The notes: a model not told the origin generated them from the sequence alone. Counted from the stretch's first letter, positions 1 to 10,954 are shown. The stretch: 64,000 nt of DNA from Candidatus Zixiibacteriota bacterium (GCA_037441845.1 JBBIRK010000001.1:561284-625283), one strand, 5' to 3'. Made by a program: numbers and translations.

Positions 1-243
1 AAGTATTTTTTCAACACCGGTGTGGCCACCCAGAGCGGCGAGGATCTTCCCAAGCGGGTGGTAAAAGGGAAAATCGAGGAAATAATCAAGGGGGAAAATC
101 CCGCCACTCCCTATTCGGATCAGGAAATCGCCCGCCTGCTCGCCAAACAGGGAATTATGCTTGCCCGACGCACGGTGACCAAATACCGCGAAGAACTGGG
201 GATAAAGGCCGCCCGCTACCGCAAGGAGATCCCTCGGGGGTAG
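1..243 (+). CDS. rpoN: RNA polymerase sigma-54 factor, 3' end (partial, runs off window start)
   Basis: Frame open from base 1 (KYFFNTGV...); contains PYSDQEI and the RpoN box ARRTVTKYRE. Confidence 0.95.
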   Translation, partial: KYFFNTGVATQSGEDLPKRVVKGKIEEIIKGENPATPYSDQEIARLLAKQGIMLARRTVTKYREELGIKAARYRKEIPRG

Positions 244-641
244 GAGTCATCTGATTCCCGTTAACCGCTTCCGCCAAAACCTGCGGAATTCACGGCCGCG
301 TGGACAAGCCGCACGGCTGCTTTTGCACCGTTTCCCCAAAATTGTCTTGCCGCAATCTTTTCTTAGGCATATAATCTTATAACAATGATAGCGGAGAAAC
401 CCGATCATCGGTTTCAAAAGAACAGGTTCGTACCAAGCCGATCAGTCTGCGAATCATTTGCCAAATCAAGGCCTACTATCGGGCATGCGGGGGATATCGA
501 GCGCGACAGCTCCAAGCTTCGAAATCGAAAAATGAACGAAAACACAAGTGGAAAATCGGTCAGCCGGATCGTGTATTATCGTAACCGCATATGCCGGTTG
601 TCATGGGGGCATATCGCAAGCCTTTTAGGAAAGGAGTTGCA

Positions 642-1004
642 ATGAAAGTAACGGTTACCGCAAGGCATTTCGAGCTTACCGAAAATCTCAACAAATACGC
701 CATCGATGAAATAAACAGATTGGAAAAATATTTCGACCACATTATCGAAGCCCATCTGACGATGTCGATCGAGAAAAACCGCCAAATAGCCGACCTGTCG
801 GTCAAGGTTTACGGAACGGTCCTCACCAGCAAAGCCAAGACCTACGACATGTATATCGCTATCGAGCAGGTCGTATCGAAAATGGAAACGCAGATAAAAA
901 AATACAAGGCGAAACTCAAAGACAAGAAGGGCGCCCGGCGGGAACCGCCGAAATCAAGACCGGTGAAAACGGTCGGGGTCGACGAAGACGAATCCGAGTT
1001 ATAA
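642..1004 (+). CDS. hpf: Ribosome hibernation promoting factor / RaiA family
   Basis: MKVTVTARHFELTENL...DMYIAIEQVVSKMETQIKKYK; AAGGAG RBS before ATG 642; usual position after rpoN. Confidence 0.92.
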   Translation: MKVTVTARHFELTENLNKYAIDEINRLEKYFDHIIEAHLTMSIEKNRQIADLSVKVYGTVLTSKAKTYDMYIAIEQVVSKMETQIKKYKAKLKDKKGARREPPKSRPVKTVGVDEDESEL

Positions 1005-1010
1005 TAATAT

Positions 1011-1979
1011 ATGAACGGCGTAAGTGTCGAACAGTTGCTGAAAGAGAAGAGTCGGTTTCTGGAGCTTTATGCCCTTAACGGCGGCGCTTGCCTGCAACGG
1101 GTAATATCGAACAATCAAATTCAACGTCCCGGGCTGGCCCTGGCCGGCTACCTCGAAAGATTTTCGTATTGGCGGACGCAGGTTTTCGGCAAAACCGAAA
1201 TTTCGTATCTGGAAAGTCTGACCGCAAGCGAGCTGAAACAAACCCTCGAACGGTTTTTTTCATTCGATATCCCCCTGATAATCATCACTAAAGCCCAAAA
1301 GCCTCCGGCATTGCTGCTGGAACTGGCCATGAACAAACAAGTGCCCGTGCTGCAAACGAATTTGACCACCACCGAATTCATCATCAGGCTCAGCAACTAT
1401 CTCGACAACCTGTTCGCCCCTCGCACTACGATTCATGGGTCGCTGGTTGATGTTTATGGTGTCGGCCTGCTTTACACCGGCAAGTCCGGAGTAGGGAAAT
1501 CGGAATGCGCCCTCGATCTGGTGGAACGGGGACACCGGCTGGTGGCCGATGACGTGGTCACCATTATCAAAAAAGCGCCCGACGTCATAATAGGACATGC
1601 CGACGAAAGGCTCGGCCATCACATGGAAATCCGCGGTCTGGGAATCGTCAATATCGAAAAGCTCTTCGGTATCCGCTCGATCCGAATGCAGAAAAGAATC
1701 GAGGTCGAGGTCAGGCTCGAATTGTGGGACAACCGCGTGGAGTACGACCGCCTCGGGATCGAGGAGAATTTCACCACGATTCTGGGGGTCGAGATTCCGG
1801 TCGTCACTATCCCCCTGTCGCCCGGAAAGAATATCACGGTAATCTCGGAGGTCATCAGCATGAACCACATGCTGAAAGTTTACGGCGAAAATTCCGCCGA
1901 AAAATTCGTCCAGCGCCTCTCCGAGGAGATTACCAGACGTAAACTCACCAATCAATATCTGCAGTCCGACCTGGAGTAG
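1011..1979 (+). CDS. hprK: HPr(Ser) kinase/phosphorylase
   Basis: RPGLALAGY, HGSLVDVYGVG, Walker A GKSGVGKSE, ELVERGH-like DLVERGHRLVADD, HHMEIRGLGI. Confidence 0.96.
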   Translation: MNGVSVEQLLKEKSRFLELYALNGGACLQRVISNNQIQRPGLALAGYLERFSYWRTQVFGKTEISYLESLTASELKQTLERFFSFDIPLIIITKAQKPPALLLELAMNKQVPVLQTNLTTTEFIIRLSNYLDNLFAPRTTIHGSLVDVYGVGLLYTGKSGVGKSECALDLVERGHRLVADDVVTIIKKAPDVIIGHADERLGHHMEIRGLGIVNIEKLFGIRSIRMQKRIEVEVRLELWDNRVEYDRLGIEENFTTILGVEIPVVTIPLSPGKNITVISEVISMNHMLKVYGENSAEKFVQRLSEEITRRKLTNQYLQSDLE

Positions 1980-2088
1980 CCGGCGGCTTCCCCATGATTT
2001 AACGCCGCCTAAAAGGCAACTTTCCTGACAATCAGCCGAATTATGTATATGTAAGACAACGGAAATCGGAAAACGAGGAAATGACTCA

Positions 2089-2985
2089 ATGCGTGATGTA
2101 TCGATCGAAATAAAAGTCGGCACGGTGGTGATTCTCGCCATAGTAATCCTGATTTACAGCATAATCTGGGTGAAAGAATACAAATTCAATGTCGAACATT
2201 ATGAATATACCTGCCTTTTCCCGGAAATCGGCTCGCTTGACGTAGGCGATCCGGTGAGAGTGCTCGGGGTTCAGAAAGGCGAGGTCAAGGAAATCGCGAT
2301 CAGCGGTAACAACGTGGCCGTCAAATTCTCGCTGGAATCCGACGTCAAACTGAAAGAAGACGCTCGGTTTCTGGTGATGAACGTGGGATTGATGGGGGAG
2401 CGCTTTATCGCCGTCTGGCCCGGTGAGGCAAAAGCCGAACGCGACCTGAAAGTCCCCGGTTACGGCCGCTACGACACCGGTATTCCGGAGGTAATGGGTA
2501 TGATGGGGCTGGCGATCGACGAATTGCGAAGGCTCATTTTCGACATTGAAGGGATTTTCGGCAAGCCGGGCAAGGGCCAGCAACTCAAAGATATAATCGA
2601 TAGGCTGGATCGGGTATCGGCAAGAATCGAGGAGATGGCCGTCGCCAATCAGGACGGCCTCAACAAGGCTCTCGCTGATTTCGGCCATTTTGCCGGCAAG
2701 TTGCGCGGCTTCATCGATTCCAACTCGACCTCCATGCAGACGACGCTCGACAATCTGGCGGAGGCCTCGGTAAAGGCCAACAACACCCTGGCCAATCTCG
2801 ACACGATTTCCGGAAAGCTGCAAGCGATCATCACCGCCATGGATGAGGGCCGGGGAACGCTCGGCAAAACGCTCGCCGACGATTCACTCTATTACGATCT
2901 GCGCCGGACGCTGACGAATCTCGATTCGCTGGTGACCGATTTCAAGGCTCACCCCAAAAAATATATAAGCATAAGCATATTCTGA
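2089..2985 (+). CDS. MlaD/MCE family protein
   Basis: N-terminal TM helix; MCE signature GSLDVGDPVRVLGVQKGEV...GLMGERFI; helical C-terminus with GTLGK...LY...DFKAHPKKYI. Confidence 0.88.
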   Translation: MRDVSIEIKVGTVVILAIVILIYSIIWVKEYKFNVEHYEYTCLFPEIGSLDVGDPVRVLGVQKGEVKEIAISGNNVAVKFSLESDVKLKEDARFLVMNVGLMGERFIAVWPGEAKAERDLKVPGYGRYDTGIPEVMGMMGLAIDELRRLIFDIEGIFGKPGKGQQLKDIIDRLDRVSARIEEMAVANQDGLNKALADFGHFAGKLRGFIDSNSTSMQTTLDNLAEASVKANNTLANLDTISGKLQAIITAMDEGRGTLGKTLADDSLYYDLRRTLTNLDSLVTDFKAHPKKYISISIF

Positions 2986-5126
2986 TGATTCATCTTTGCC
3001 TGGGAATACACAATCATCAACCGGTGGGGAATTTCGATTCCGTCATGGAAACGGCCTATAGCCGTTGCTATCGGCCGTTCTTGAAACTGTTGGAAAATTC
3101 TCCCGATATAAAAATCACGCTGCACAACACCGGAATACTCTGGCGATATTTCGAAACGATAGGAAATGAATACCACGAGCTGACCAAAAAACTGATAGCC
3201 CGGGGACAACTCGAGCTTCTCGGCGGCGGTTTCTACGAGCCGATCCTGCCGGCCATACGCGACGATCACAAGAAAGCACAAATCAAGAAACTGTCCGATT
3301 ATTTGCATGCGCACTTCAGGCTCGGGCCGCGCGGCATGTGGATCGCCGAGCGGGTCTGGGAGCCGCAGCTTGCTTCGATAATCGCCGATTGCGGATTGGA
3401 GTATTCGATACTCGATGACACCCACTTCCGCTGGGCCGGCCTGCGCCCCGACCAGCTGAACGGCTATTTTATAACCGAGGATCAGGGGCGACTTTTGTGC
3501 TTGTTCCCGATATCGAAAAAGCTGCGTTACCTGATTCCGTTCGGTCGGGTCGATGATATAATCGAATATCTGAAACGGCAGGCGGATGAATATCCCGGAA
3601 GCCTGGCCATCTATGCCGACGACGGCGAGAAATTCGGGATCTGGCCGGATACCTATCGCTTGTGTTACGAGGAAAACTGGCTCGAACGATTTTTCGAGGC
3701 GATCTGCCGCAACGGCGACTGGTTGAAACCGATATCGTTCGGGCAGGCTTTGGATCTGACGGAACCGGTGGGAAGAGTCTATCTGCCGACCGCTTCCTAT
3801 GCCGAAATGGGTCAATGGGCACTGCCGGCTGAGGGGTTCCGGCACTACGAGGAGCTCGAAAAGATTCTCAAAGACGCCGATCTTTTCGACAAGCTCGGCT
3901 ATCTGGTGCGCGGGGGAATCTGGCGCAATTTCATGACGAAATATCCCGAAGCCAACAATATGCACAAGAAAATGTACCGCACAGCCGCCAAAATCGATTC
4001 GCTCGAAAAGAAGGCAGGCGCCAAGGACCGGAAAATGTTGGCAAACGCCCAGGACCTTCTGTTTCAAGCTCAATGCAATTGTCCATACTGGCACGGCGTC
4101 TTCGGCGGCCTGTATCTTAACCACCTTCGCTATGCCACCTACAAGAGATTAATCGAGGCCGAATCCATATGCGACAGGCTCGAGCCGACTATGCGAACCG
4201 GCAGAATCGAAACGACCGATTTCGACGGCGACGGCTATCCGGAGATATTGCTCGAAACGGCGTTGACGAACGCTTATTTCACACCCCGCCTCGGAGGCGC
4301 CATGTTCGAACTCGATCTTAAGGATAGATCGTTCAATTTGCTCGATACGATGACCAGGCGACAAGAAGGATATCACTACAAGCTGGAACAGGCTCAAGAC
4401 GCCGGGTCAGCGGCGGGAAAAACCATACACGACCGGGTGGAGGTCAAGGAAAGCGGGCTGGAAAAATACCTCGTTTACGATAAATACCGCCGCCTTTCCT
4501 TTATCGACCATTTCTTCCGGCTCGATTCGAAGTTCGAGGAATTTGTCGATGGAACCATTGGCGAGCTCGGCGATTTTGTGGAAGAACCTTACGCTTTCGA
4601 GGGCTCGAAAACGGCATCGAAATTGACCCTGCTACTGACACGAACCGGGCAAGTCAACAAAGGCGAATCCGCTGTAACTATCGAGCTGAAAAAAAAGATA
4701 AGCTTGGCGCTGGAAAACGGAAAAATCGAGGCGAACTATACATTGCAGAATCTCGGAGAAAAGGAAATCGTGTGCTTGTTCGGGGTCGAATTGAACTGGT
4801 CGCTTCTGGCAGGAGACGCCGCCGACAGATTTTATTATATCGACGGCGCGGACTTAAACGACGTCCGCCTGAACAGCCGTGGGACAACCGACAATGTGAG
4901 CCGATTCGGTTTGGTCGATCGTTATCACGACTTGAATATATCTATAGAACTATCCGAACCGGCCCGGCTTTGGCGCATGCCGATCGAAACGGTCAGCTTG
5001 TCGGAATCGGGTTTCGAGCGGGTTTATCAATCGTCGGTGACCTGTCCTTGTTTCGAGATCGGCCTGAAACCGGCCCGAAAACATTCCCTATCGATCATCA
5101 TATCTTTTTTAGGAATCAGGAATTGA
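2985..5126 (+). CDS. GH57 alpha-amylase / 4-alpha-glucanotransferase
   Basis: HNHQPVGN, GGGFYEPIL, GMWIAERVWEP (catalytic Glu), DDGEKFG (catalytic Asp), AQCNCPYWHGVFGGLY; start overlaps the mlaD stop (TGATG). Confidence 0.93.
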   Translation: MIHLCLGIHNHQPVGNFDSVMETAYSRCYRPFLKLLENSPDIKITLHNTGILWRYFETIGNEYHELTKKLIARGQLELLGGGFYEPILPAIRDDHKKAQIKKLSDYLHAHFRLGPRGMWIAERVWEPQLASIIADCGLEYSILDDTHFRWAGLRPDQLNGYFITEDQGRLLCLFPISKKLRYLIPFGRVDDIIEYLKRQADEYPGSLAIYADDGEKFGIWPDTYRLCYEENWLERFFEAICRNGDWLKPISFGQALDLTEPVGRVYLPTASYAEMGQWALPAEGFRHYEELEKILKDADLFDKLGYLVRGGIWRNFMTKYPEANNMHKKMYRTAAKIDSLEKKAGAKDRKMLANAQDLLFQAQCNCPYWHGVFGGLYLNHLRYATYKRLIEAESICDRLEPTMRTGRIETTDFDGDGYPEILLETALTNAYFTPRLGGAMFELDLKDRSFNLLDTMTRRQEGYHYKLEQAQDAGSAAGKTIHDRVEVKESGLEKYLVYDKYRRLSFIDHFFRLDSKFEEFVDGTIGELGDFVEEPYAFEGSKTASKLTLLLTRTGQVNKGESAVTIELKKKISLALENGKIEANYTLQNLGEKEIVCLFGVELNWSLLAGDAADRFYYIDGADLNDVRLNSRGTTDNVSRFGLVDRYHDLNISIELSEPARLWRMPIETVSLSESGFERVYQSSVTCPCFEIGLKPARKHSLSIIISFLGIRN

Positions 5127-5423
5127 ATTTGATTTTATGGTGAGCTCGTTTCAATGGAATTTCCCTTGTTTCTTGGGCATTTTGCTCTATATTTATTTGA
5201 CGAACGGGATATGTTTACCTAATAATGCATTCAAGATCGATTTTGAAGCAATGGCGTCGGAATTTGAATTTTCTTAGGAGTATTGCGATAAGTGGCCTTA
5301 CAAAAAAAGTATATTATGATTGAGGGAGGTGTGAATTCCAATCGATAACGGCTGATTGATTTTCTGGTAAATGGACTATACTTGATTCGAAAATGATTTT
5401 GGTAATGAGGAAGGAGAGACCGT

Positions 5424-7184
5424 ATGCGAATTTTCACTGCGGTTGTAATAGTATTAATTGCGAGTGCGCTTGTGGCTGCGACGGAACAACCGGCGGACAA
5501 CTCCGGGCCGGCTGTCTCATCGGTCGATCGCCGCGATTTCACTACTGCCGACAGCCCAAAAGAAACATCGCCGGTATGGCTATCGCTTAAAAACATGTCT
5601 TATGCCGAACGGCAGAACGCGTTGATAGAAATCGAGCTTTTCGGGGACGCGCTCAATCGGGTCAGCGGGCTGGCTGCAAGGATCGAGAATCTCTGGAATA
5701 ACGAAGGGCGTTACGCTGAGGCGCTGCGCTTGTTCGATGAGCTGGGCCGGGCTGTTGATTTCCGGCTGGTGGCGTTGGGTATTTCCTGGCGGCATCCTAT
5801 CGAAACGACCGATATGCCGAACTGGGGAACTGATATTAGAATCGGCACTCGCGACAGTATAACCCAGGCTCATTTGGATATCCACCGGGCCAGCGGCAAC
5901 TTATTCGCCGTATTGTTATATCAGATTGGAACCAGCTATGCCTGGTCTGTGAATTTTTCCACGAACAACGGCAATACCTGGGCGGAAACATACTATTGGA
6001 CGTCAAGCCTATTGATTCCGGATATTGGAATATCAGTTGTAACAAACTACTGCTTTGTAGGTTACTTTTCCCACTTAAGCCCTTTTGATGCCCGTTTACG
6101 GAAATTTTCCACAACCAACGGGCAATCTCAGAATTTCAGCGGCAGCCAATTTATTACCGTTTTTTCGACCGCATCGCCGGACACGATACGCGAGGTTGAA
6201 TTGGCCTCGAACCAGGACTATTTTGATAATGTTTTGTACTATTTGGCCATTACCCGCTCCGGCGAATTACGCTATTATTACGCTACTACGACATCCAGTT
6301 TCGAAACCTGGTCGCAAATTGCAACATCGATCACCAACGCTGAACGCGGCCTGGATGCTTGCTGCAACGAAAATTTCAGCTCGAGGTTTCTCTGGGTCTC
6401 CTATTACGATACCGGCGACATGCTCAATATTGCGGCGAAGAGCGCAAACTGGGAAGTGGTGCACCAAACCACGGCCCACTCCGGTTCCAATAACACATCA
6501 ATCAGCGCCTGGCAGGACACGGTTATCTGTTTCTATGAATATTATTCAACCAATTGGCGATGCAGATATATAATCACCTACAACGGCGGGGACCTATTTT
6601 ATTATTCCTGGATCGGTGACACTACGGTTACCGCAGAAACGCCCCTGACTTCAGCCCGCGACGGTGGTGGGATCGCAGCCGTTTTCCGTCATTACACCCC
6701 CGTCCGCCAAGGACGCTACACCAGGCGGAATTACTACGGCTCCTGGAGCACACCGGTGCAATATACCGATTATGAACCGCACTGGTATCCTGGCGCAATC
6801 GAGTTTTTGGGCGGATACACGCATGGCGTAGTTTATATCACCAATACGTCGCCTGCTATTAGGGCCGCCATGTTCGACAGGCACAGCGCCACCGATATCG
6901 CCGACTCACCGCAGATGCCGGGTAAATTCCTGATCGCCGAAAATTATCCCAACCCGTTCAACTCCTCGACGGTGATCCGCTACAATCTACCCGAGCCGGC
7001 AAGAGTCACGATCGCTATCTACGATGTAATGGGCAGAAAGGTGGCGAGCTACGATCAAGGGCGGCAATCGGCGGGAATGCACCTGCTCACCTGGGACGGA
7101 GCCGATTTCGCTTCCGGCGTCTATCTATGCAAAATAAACACCGACTATGAATCCCAGACCCTGAAAATGCTTCTGGTCAAATAA
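5424..7184 (+). CDS. Secreted protein with Asp-box-like motif and T9SS type-A-like C-terminal domain
   Basis: Signal peptide; STNNGNTW; C-terminal NYPNPFN...IYDVMGRKV...WDG...ASGVYLC...KMLLVK. Confidence 0.85.
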   Translation: MRIFTAVVIVLIASALVAATEQPADNSGPAVSSVDRRDFTTADSPKETSPVWLSLKNMSYAERQNALIEIELFGDALNRVSGLAARIENLWNNEGRYAEALRLFDELGRAVDFRLVALGISWRHPIETTDMPNWGTDIRIGTRDSITQAHLDIHRASGNLFAVLLYQIGTSYAWSVNFSTNNGNTWAETYYWTSSLLIPDIGISVVTNYCFVGYFSHLSPFDARLRKFSTTNGQSQNFSGSQFITVFSTASPDTIREVELASNQDYFDNVLYYLAITRSGELRYYYATTTSSFETWSQIATSITNAERGLDACCNENFSSRFLWVSYYDTGDMLNIAAKSANWEVVHQTTAHSGSNNTSISAWQDTVICFYEYYSTNWRCRYIITYNGGDLFYYSWIGDTTVTAETPLTSARDGGGIAAVFRHYTPVRQGRYTRRNYYGSWSTPVQYTDYEPHWYPGAIEFLGGYTHGVVYITNTSPAIRAAMFDRHSATDIADSPQMPGKFLIAENYPNPFNSSTVIRYNLPEPARVTIAIYDVMGRKVASYDQGRQSAGMHLLTWDGADFASGVYLCKINTDYESQTLKMLLVK

Positions 7185-7202
7185 TCGATAGTTTTCGCTT
7201 AT

Positions 7203-7245
7203 CGGACGCGTTCCTGTGATTATGGGGCGCGTCCGTTTCATTTTT
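7203..7245 (+). terminator. Intrinsic terminator
   Basis: Stem CGGACGCGTTCC / GGGGCGCGTCCG followed by a T-rich tail, 19 nt after the stop. Confidence 0.65.
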
Positions 7246-7337
7246 CTTGAATGAACATTACGCTCGACTTGCAGCAATCACTTGACGAACTCACATTCAA
7301 TTTGAAATGGCGGAACCGCTATCTTATATTGCAGGAA

Positions 7338-8600
7338 ATGAGAATACCTCGATTGTTATTGGCGGCGGCGATCGCCCTGCATTTTCATGCGCCCGCCACC
7401 GCTGCTTGGCGCTTTCTCGGGTTGGCCGGAAAACAAATCATCGCTCTCGAAATTCATCCCACCAATTCCGCGCATATAATCGCGGGGACGGACTCGGGCG
7501 TTTACGTCACCACCAATCTCGGCCAGTCGTGGAGTCTATCTACATCGCCGGCGGTACAGGCATCTTTCATAGGATACGATCCCCTCAGACCCGATACCAC
7601 CTATATGATATGGGGAAGCGGCTCTTTTTCCGATGGTCTTTATCTATCGACCACCGATGGATTCGGCTGGAGCCTGGTCGGTTTACTGGCTGGACCCAGA
7701 CGGCTGGCTTTCGATCCCGTCAATGCCGGATTTTTTTATGTTTGCCTCGAAGATGGCATGCTGACGACCACCGACGGCGGGGCTTCATTCGCACCGGGCA
7801 ACAACGGACTTCCGGGAACCAATTTGCTTGACGTGGAGGGCGATAGAAGCGATCAACTATGCGCCTATGCCGTCGGTAATAATTTCGTTGCCGCTACATC
7901 CAATTTCGGCAATCAATGGAATTCGCTGGGGGGACTCTTTTCGCTTCCCGCCTATGCGCCGTATCGGCTGATGCAGGATCGGATAAAACCCGAGACATTG
8001 TACGTTTCGTGCAAAAGGTATCTCGCCCGATCCACCAATGCGGGAACGTCGTGGCAATATACGCCCCTGCCCGATTCAAATTATATAGCCCTCGAATGCG
8101 ACCGTTATCAGACCGGGCGCCTGTTCGTCGGTTCCCGTTCGGGGGGCGGCGTCCTGCTTTCGACCGACGCAGGTGCAACGTTCGGCTCGCTGTCGGACAG
8201 CCTCGGGAATCTGAATGTTTACAGCCTGCGCCAAGCCCCCAACGGCTACTTGATTGCGGGGACCGGCGATGGTGTTTATCTGAACGATTTCGGCCTTCGT
8301 GTCGATGACCGGAATCCGTCAACACCGTCGCAGATATCGCTGATCGCATACCCGAACCCTTTTAACAGCAGCGTCTGCTTCCGCCATAATCTGCCGGTAG
8401 GAACCTCGGTGCAGATCGAGATATTCGATATCAGCGGTGTTCTCGTCGATCGCCCTAAGGCCGAATCCACCGATCCAACAGGAATCGTGATCTGGAACGG
8501 GTGCGATATGGCGGGTTCGCCTGTGGCAAGCGGAATTTACTTTTGCCGATTGCGATCGGGAACGAATACTTTCACGGCAAAATTGACGCTTCTACGATGA
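7338..8600 (+). CDS. Secreted BNR/Asp-box (VPS10/YCF48-like) beta-propeller protein with T9SS-type CTD
   Basis: ATG 7338 gives signal peptide MRIPRLLLAAAIAL; repeated S/T-T-D/N-x-G-x-S/T-W/F boxes; YPNPFN...ASGIYFCRL...KLTLLR. Confidence 0.85.
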   Translation: MRIPRLLLAAAIALHFHAPATAAWRFLGLAGKQIIALEIHPTNSAHIIAGTDSGVYVTTNLGQSWSLSTSPAVQASFIGYDPLRPDTTYMIWGSGSFSDGLYLSTTDGFGWSLVGLLAGPRRLAFDPVNAGFFYVCLEDGMLTTTDGGASFAPGNNGLPGTNLLDVEGDRSDQLCAYAVGNNFVAATSNFGNQWNSLGGLFSLPAYAPYRLMQDRIKPETLYVSCKRYLARSTNAGTSWQYTPLPDSNYIALECDRYQTGRLFVGSRSGGGVLLSTDAGATFGSLSDSLGNLNVYSLRQAPNGYLIAGTGDGVYLNDFGLRVDDRNPSTPSQISLIAYPNPFNSSVCFRHNLPVGTSVQIEIFDISGVLVDRPKAESTDPTGIVIWNGCDMAGSPVASGIYFCRLRSGTNTFTAKLTLLR

Positions 8601-8636
8601 TTATAACGGATTTCCATCGGGCAACTTTCACCGCGG

Positions 8637-10847
8637 TCAATTGACTATCTCGAGATTGGCGTATTTGAGCATCACCTTTTTCGTGCCCGCCCCGAATCTT
8701 ACCGTAACGATCGTCTCCGGCCCGCTTCCCTCGCGGGCGATGATTTTTCCGATTCCGAACTCTCGATGCGACACGGTCGCGCCCGGCTTGAACGGTTCGG
8801 CGATCGAATCGGATACCTTAAGTCTGAAGTTCGATGGCTCCTCGGCCCGGGCGGCCGTGTAGTTTTCCTCTAAGCCAAGCATAGGACTGACAATATCGTA
8901 ATGGTAGTTATAGCGCTCATCCTCGATCAATTCTCGTGGAATATCGAATAAAAATCGGGAGGGGTAGGCCGCCTCATGGTTGCGAAAACGGCGGCGATAC
9001 CCGGTCAACGAAATGTAAAGCCGGCTTTTCGCCCGGGTAATTCCCACATAGCAAAGCCGTCTTTCCTCATCCAGATCTTTTTCGCCGGTGGATTCCCTAA
9101 GCAGCGGCAACAGACCGTCCTCGAAACCGCTTATGAAAACCGTGTCGAATTCGAGACCCTTGGCCGAATGGAGCGTCATCAAGCTGACCATATCGCCTTT
9201 GTCGTCCCATCTGTCTATATCGGTGATCAGCGCCACGTTTTCCAGAAACCCCGATAAAGTCGGCTCGCCCAGCGACGGATCTTCCTCGACCATCTCGATA
9301 TAGGCGTCGATGGCGTTTATCAATTCGTTGACATTGTCGATTCTCGCGTCGGCCTCGGGGGTATCCTCGGCTTTGAGCATCTCGATATAGCCGATCTTCT
9401 GGATAAGCTCGGCGGCAGTTTGAGCGGGCGGTAAGCCGGAGGATGCGGTTTCGGTGATAATCGAGTGTAGTTTTCGCAGTTCGATTTTTTGTTTGCCGCC
9501 GAAACCGGCGCTTTCGGGATCGCCGATGATTTCGAAGATCGGTCGTCCCGACTTTTGCGACTCCAGCGATAATTTGGTCAGAGCCGCCTCGCCGAGATTT
9601 CGTTTGGGAACATTCAATATCCGGCGAAGCGATTCCTCATCGCTCGGATTGACGACCACCCTTAGGTAGGCCAGTATATCTTTGACCTCTTTGCGTTCGT
9701 AGAATCGGATCCCGCCGACGATATTGTAGGGGATACCGGAATCGCGCAGGGCGTCTTCGATCGCCCGCGATTGAGCGTTGGTGCGATACAGCACGGCGAA
9801 ATCGCCCGCTTTTTTGCCGCGCCGCAAACCGAGCCTGATTTTTTCGACGATCGCCGCCGCTTCATCACGCTCATCGCCGCATAGTAGAAGGCCGATCTTT
9901 TCGCCGCCGCGACGCCGCGTGAACAGATGCTTCGGTTTTCTATCGCCGATTTTGCTTGCCACTCCGAACGCCGCCTCGAGCACCACTTTGGTCGAACGGT
10001 AATTTTCCTCGAGAGTGATGATGCGGCAACCCGGAAAATCATGCTCGAAATCCAAAATGTTGCGGATATCGGCGCCGCGCCAGCCGTAGATCGCCTGATC
10101 GTCATCGCCGACCACACAAAGATTTCGCTTTTCTCCAGCCAAAACCTTGATCAGGCGATACTGCGCGTGGTTGGTGTCCTGATACTCATCGACAAGCAGG
10201 CGAGTGAACTTACGGCGGTAATGGTCAGCCAGCTCTTGGTCCCGTTCCAACAGCGCCACCGTAACCCCTATAAGATCATCAAAATCGAACGCGTTATTCC
10301 TTACCAGTTGTTTTTGATACTCCTCGTAAATCGCGGCTGTGTTCTTATCGACATAATCGACCGCGGCCGCCGCATATTCGGACGGGGAGATCAGATTGTC
10401 TTTGGCCCTGCCTATACGGGATTGAGCCGCGCCGGGGGAGGGTTGTCCCTCGGGAATACCGAGTGATTTTATCACCCGCTTTAGCAATGCCAAACTGTCG
10501 GCTTCGTCGTAAATGGTGAAATCCCGCTTGTAACCGGCTCTGTCATGGTGCAGCCGCAGAATCTTCGCGCAAAACGAGTGAAAAGTGGAAAGCCAAACCA
10601 GCCGGCCGCGACTCCCCAACAAAGCGATCACTCGCTCTTTCATCTCACCGGCCGCCTTGTTGGTGAAAGTTACACCCAGCACTTGGTCGGGGCGCGCCGC
10701 GCCGGTTGCAATCAGATGAACGATCCTATGGGTGATCACCCTCGTCTTTCCGGATCCCGCCCCCGCCAGCACCAAAAGCGGCCCATCGATATGTAAAACC
10801 GCCTGACGCTGCGGCTCGTTAAGATTTTTCAGATAGGGCGCGATCAT
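8637..10847 (-). CDS. pcrA: ATP-dependent DNA helicase PcrA/UvrD
   Basis: AGAGSGKT, TFTNKAAGEM, DEYQDTN, VGDDDQAIYGWRGA, LYRTNAQSR, TLHSAKGLEF, EERRLCYVGITRA, C-terminal Tudor-like domain. Confidence 0.95.
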   Translation of the reverse strand: MIAPYLKNLNEPQRQAVLHIDGPLLVLAGAGSGKTRVITHRIVHLIATGAARPDQVLGVTFTNKAAGEMKERVIALLGSRGRLVWLSTFHSFCAKILRLHHDRAGYKRDFTIYDEADSLALLKRVIKSLGIPEGQPSPGAAQSRIGRAKDNLISPSEYAAAAVDYVDKNTAAIYEEYQKQLVRNNAFDFDDLIGVTVALLERDQELADHYRRKFTRLLVDEYQDTNHAQYRLIKVLAGEKRNLCVVGDDDQAIYGWRGADIRNILDFEHDFPGCRIITLEENYRSTKVVLEAAFGVASKIGDRKPKHLFTRRRGGEKIGLLLCGDERDEAAAIVEKIRLGLRRGKKAGDFAVLYRTNAQSRAIEDALRDSGIPYNIVGGIRFYERKEVKDILAYLRVVVNPSDEESLRRILNVPKRNLGEAALTKLSLESQKSGRPIFEIIGDPESAGFGGKQKIELRKLHSIITETASSGLPPAQTAAELIQKIGYIEMLKAEDTPEADARIDNVNELINAIDAYIEMVEEDPSLGEPTLSGFLENVALITDIDRWDDKGDMVSLMTLHSAKGLEFDTVFISGFEDGLLPLLRESTGEKDLDEERRLCYVGITRAKSRLYISLTGYRRRFRNHEAAYPSRFLFDIPRELIEDERYNYHYDIVSPMLGLEENYTAARAEEPSNFRLKVSDSIAEPFKPGATVSHREFGIGKIIAREGSGPETIVTVRFGAGTKKVMLKYANLEIVN

Positions 10848-10926
10848 GCAAACAAATATAATAAACAAAAATCGAGCTGCCCCGAAAATTAAAAAAGATC
10901 TTCGCGCGCATGCGCCAAAGTTGTCC

Positions 10927-10954
10927 TTGACATCGCAACGAGGCGGTCTAAATT
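10927..10954 (+). promoter_or_regulatory. Sigma70-type promoter for the tRNA gene
   Basis: TTGACA-16 nt-TAAATT ending 10 nt before the tRNA 5' end. Confidence 0.55.

Noticed and set aside
305..330. Sigma-54 promoter upstream of hpf
   Set aside because: CCGCAC...TTGCA lacks the -24 GG and the spacing is wrong.
385..645. 86-aa ORF between rpoN and hpf
   Set aside because: No RBS or recognisable homology, and it overlaps the hpf RBS. A small gene cannot be fully excluded.
2949..4124. Long antisense ORFs (also 1260-2141, 19157-20314, 37103-37951, 49637-50515)
   Set aside because: Each lies opposite a well-supported gene; expected from codon bias; no family motifs.
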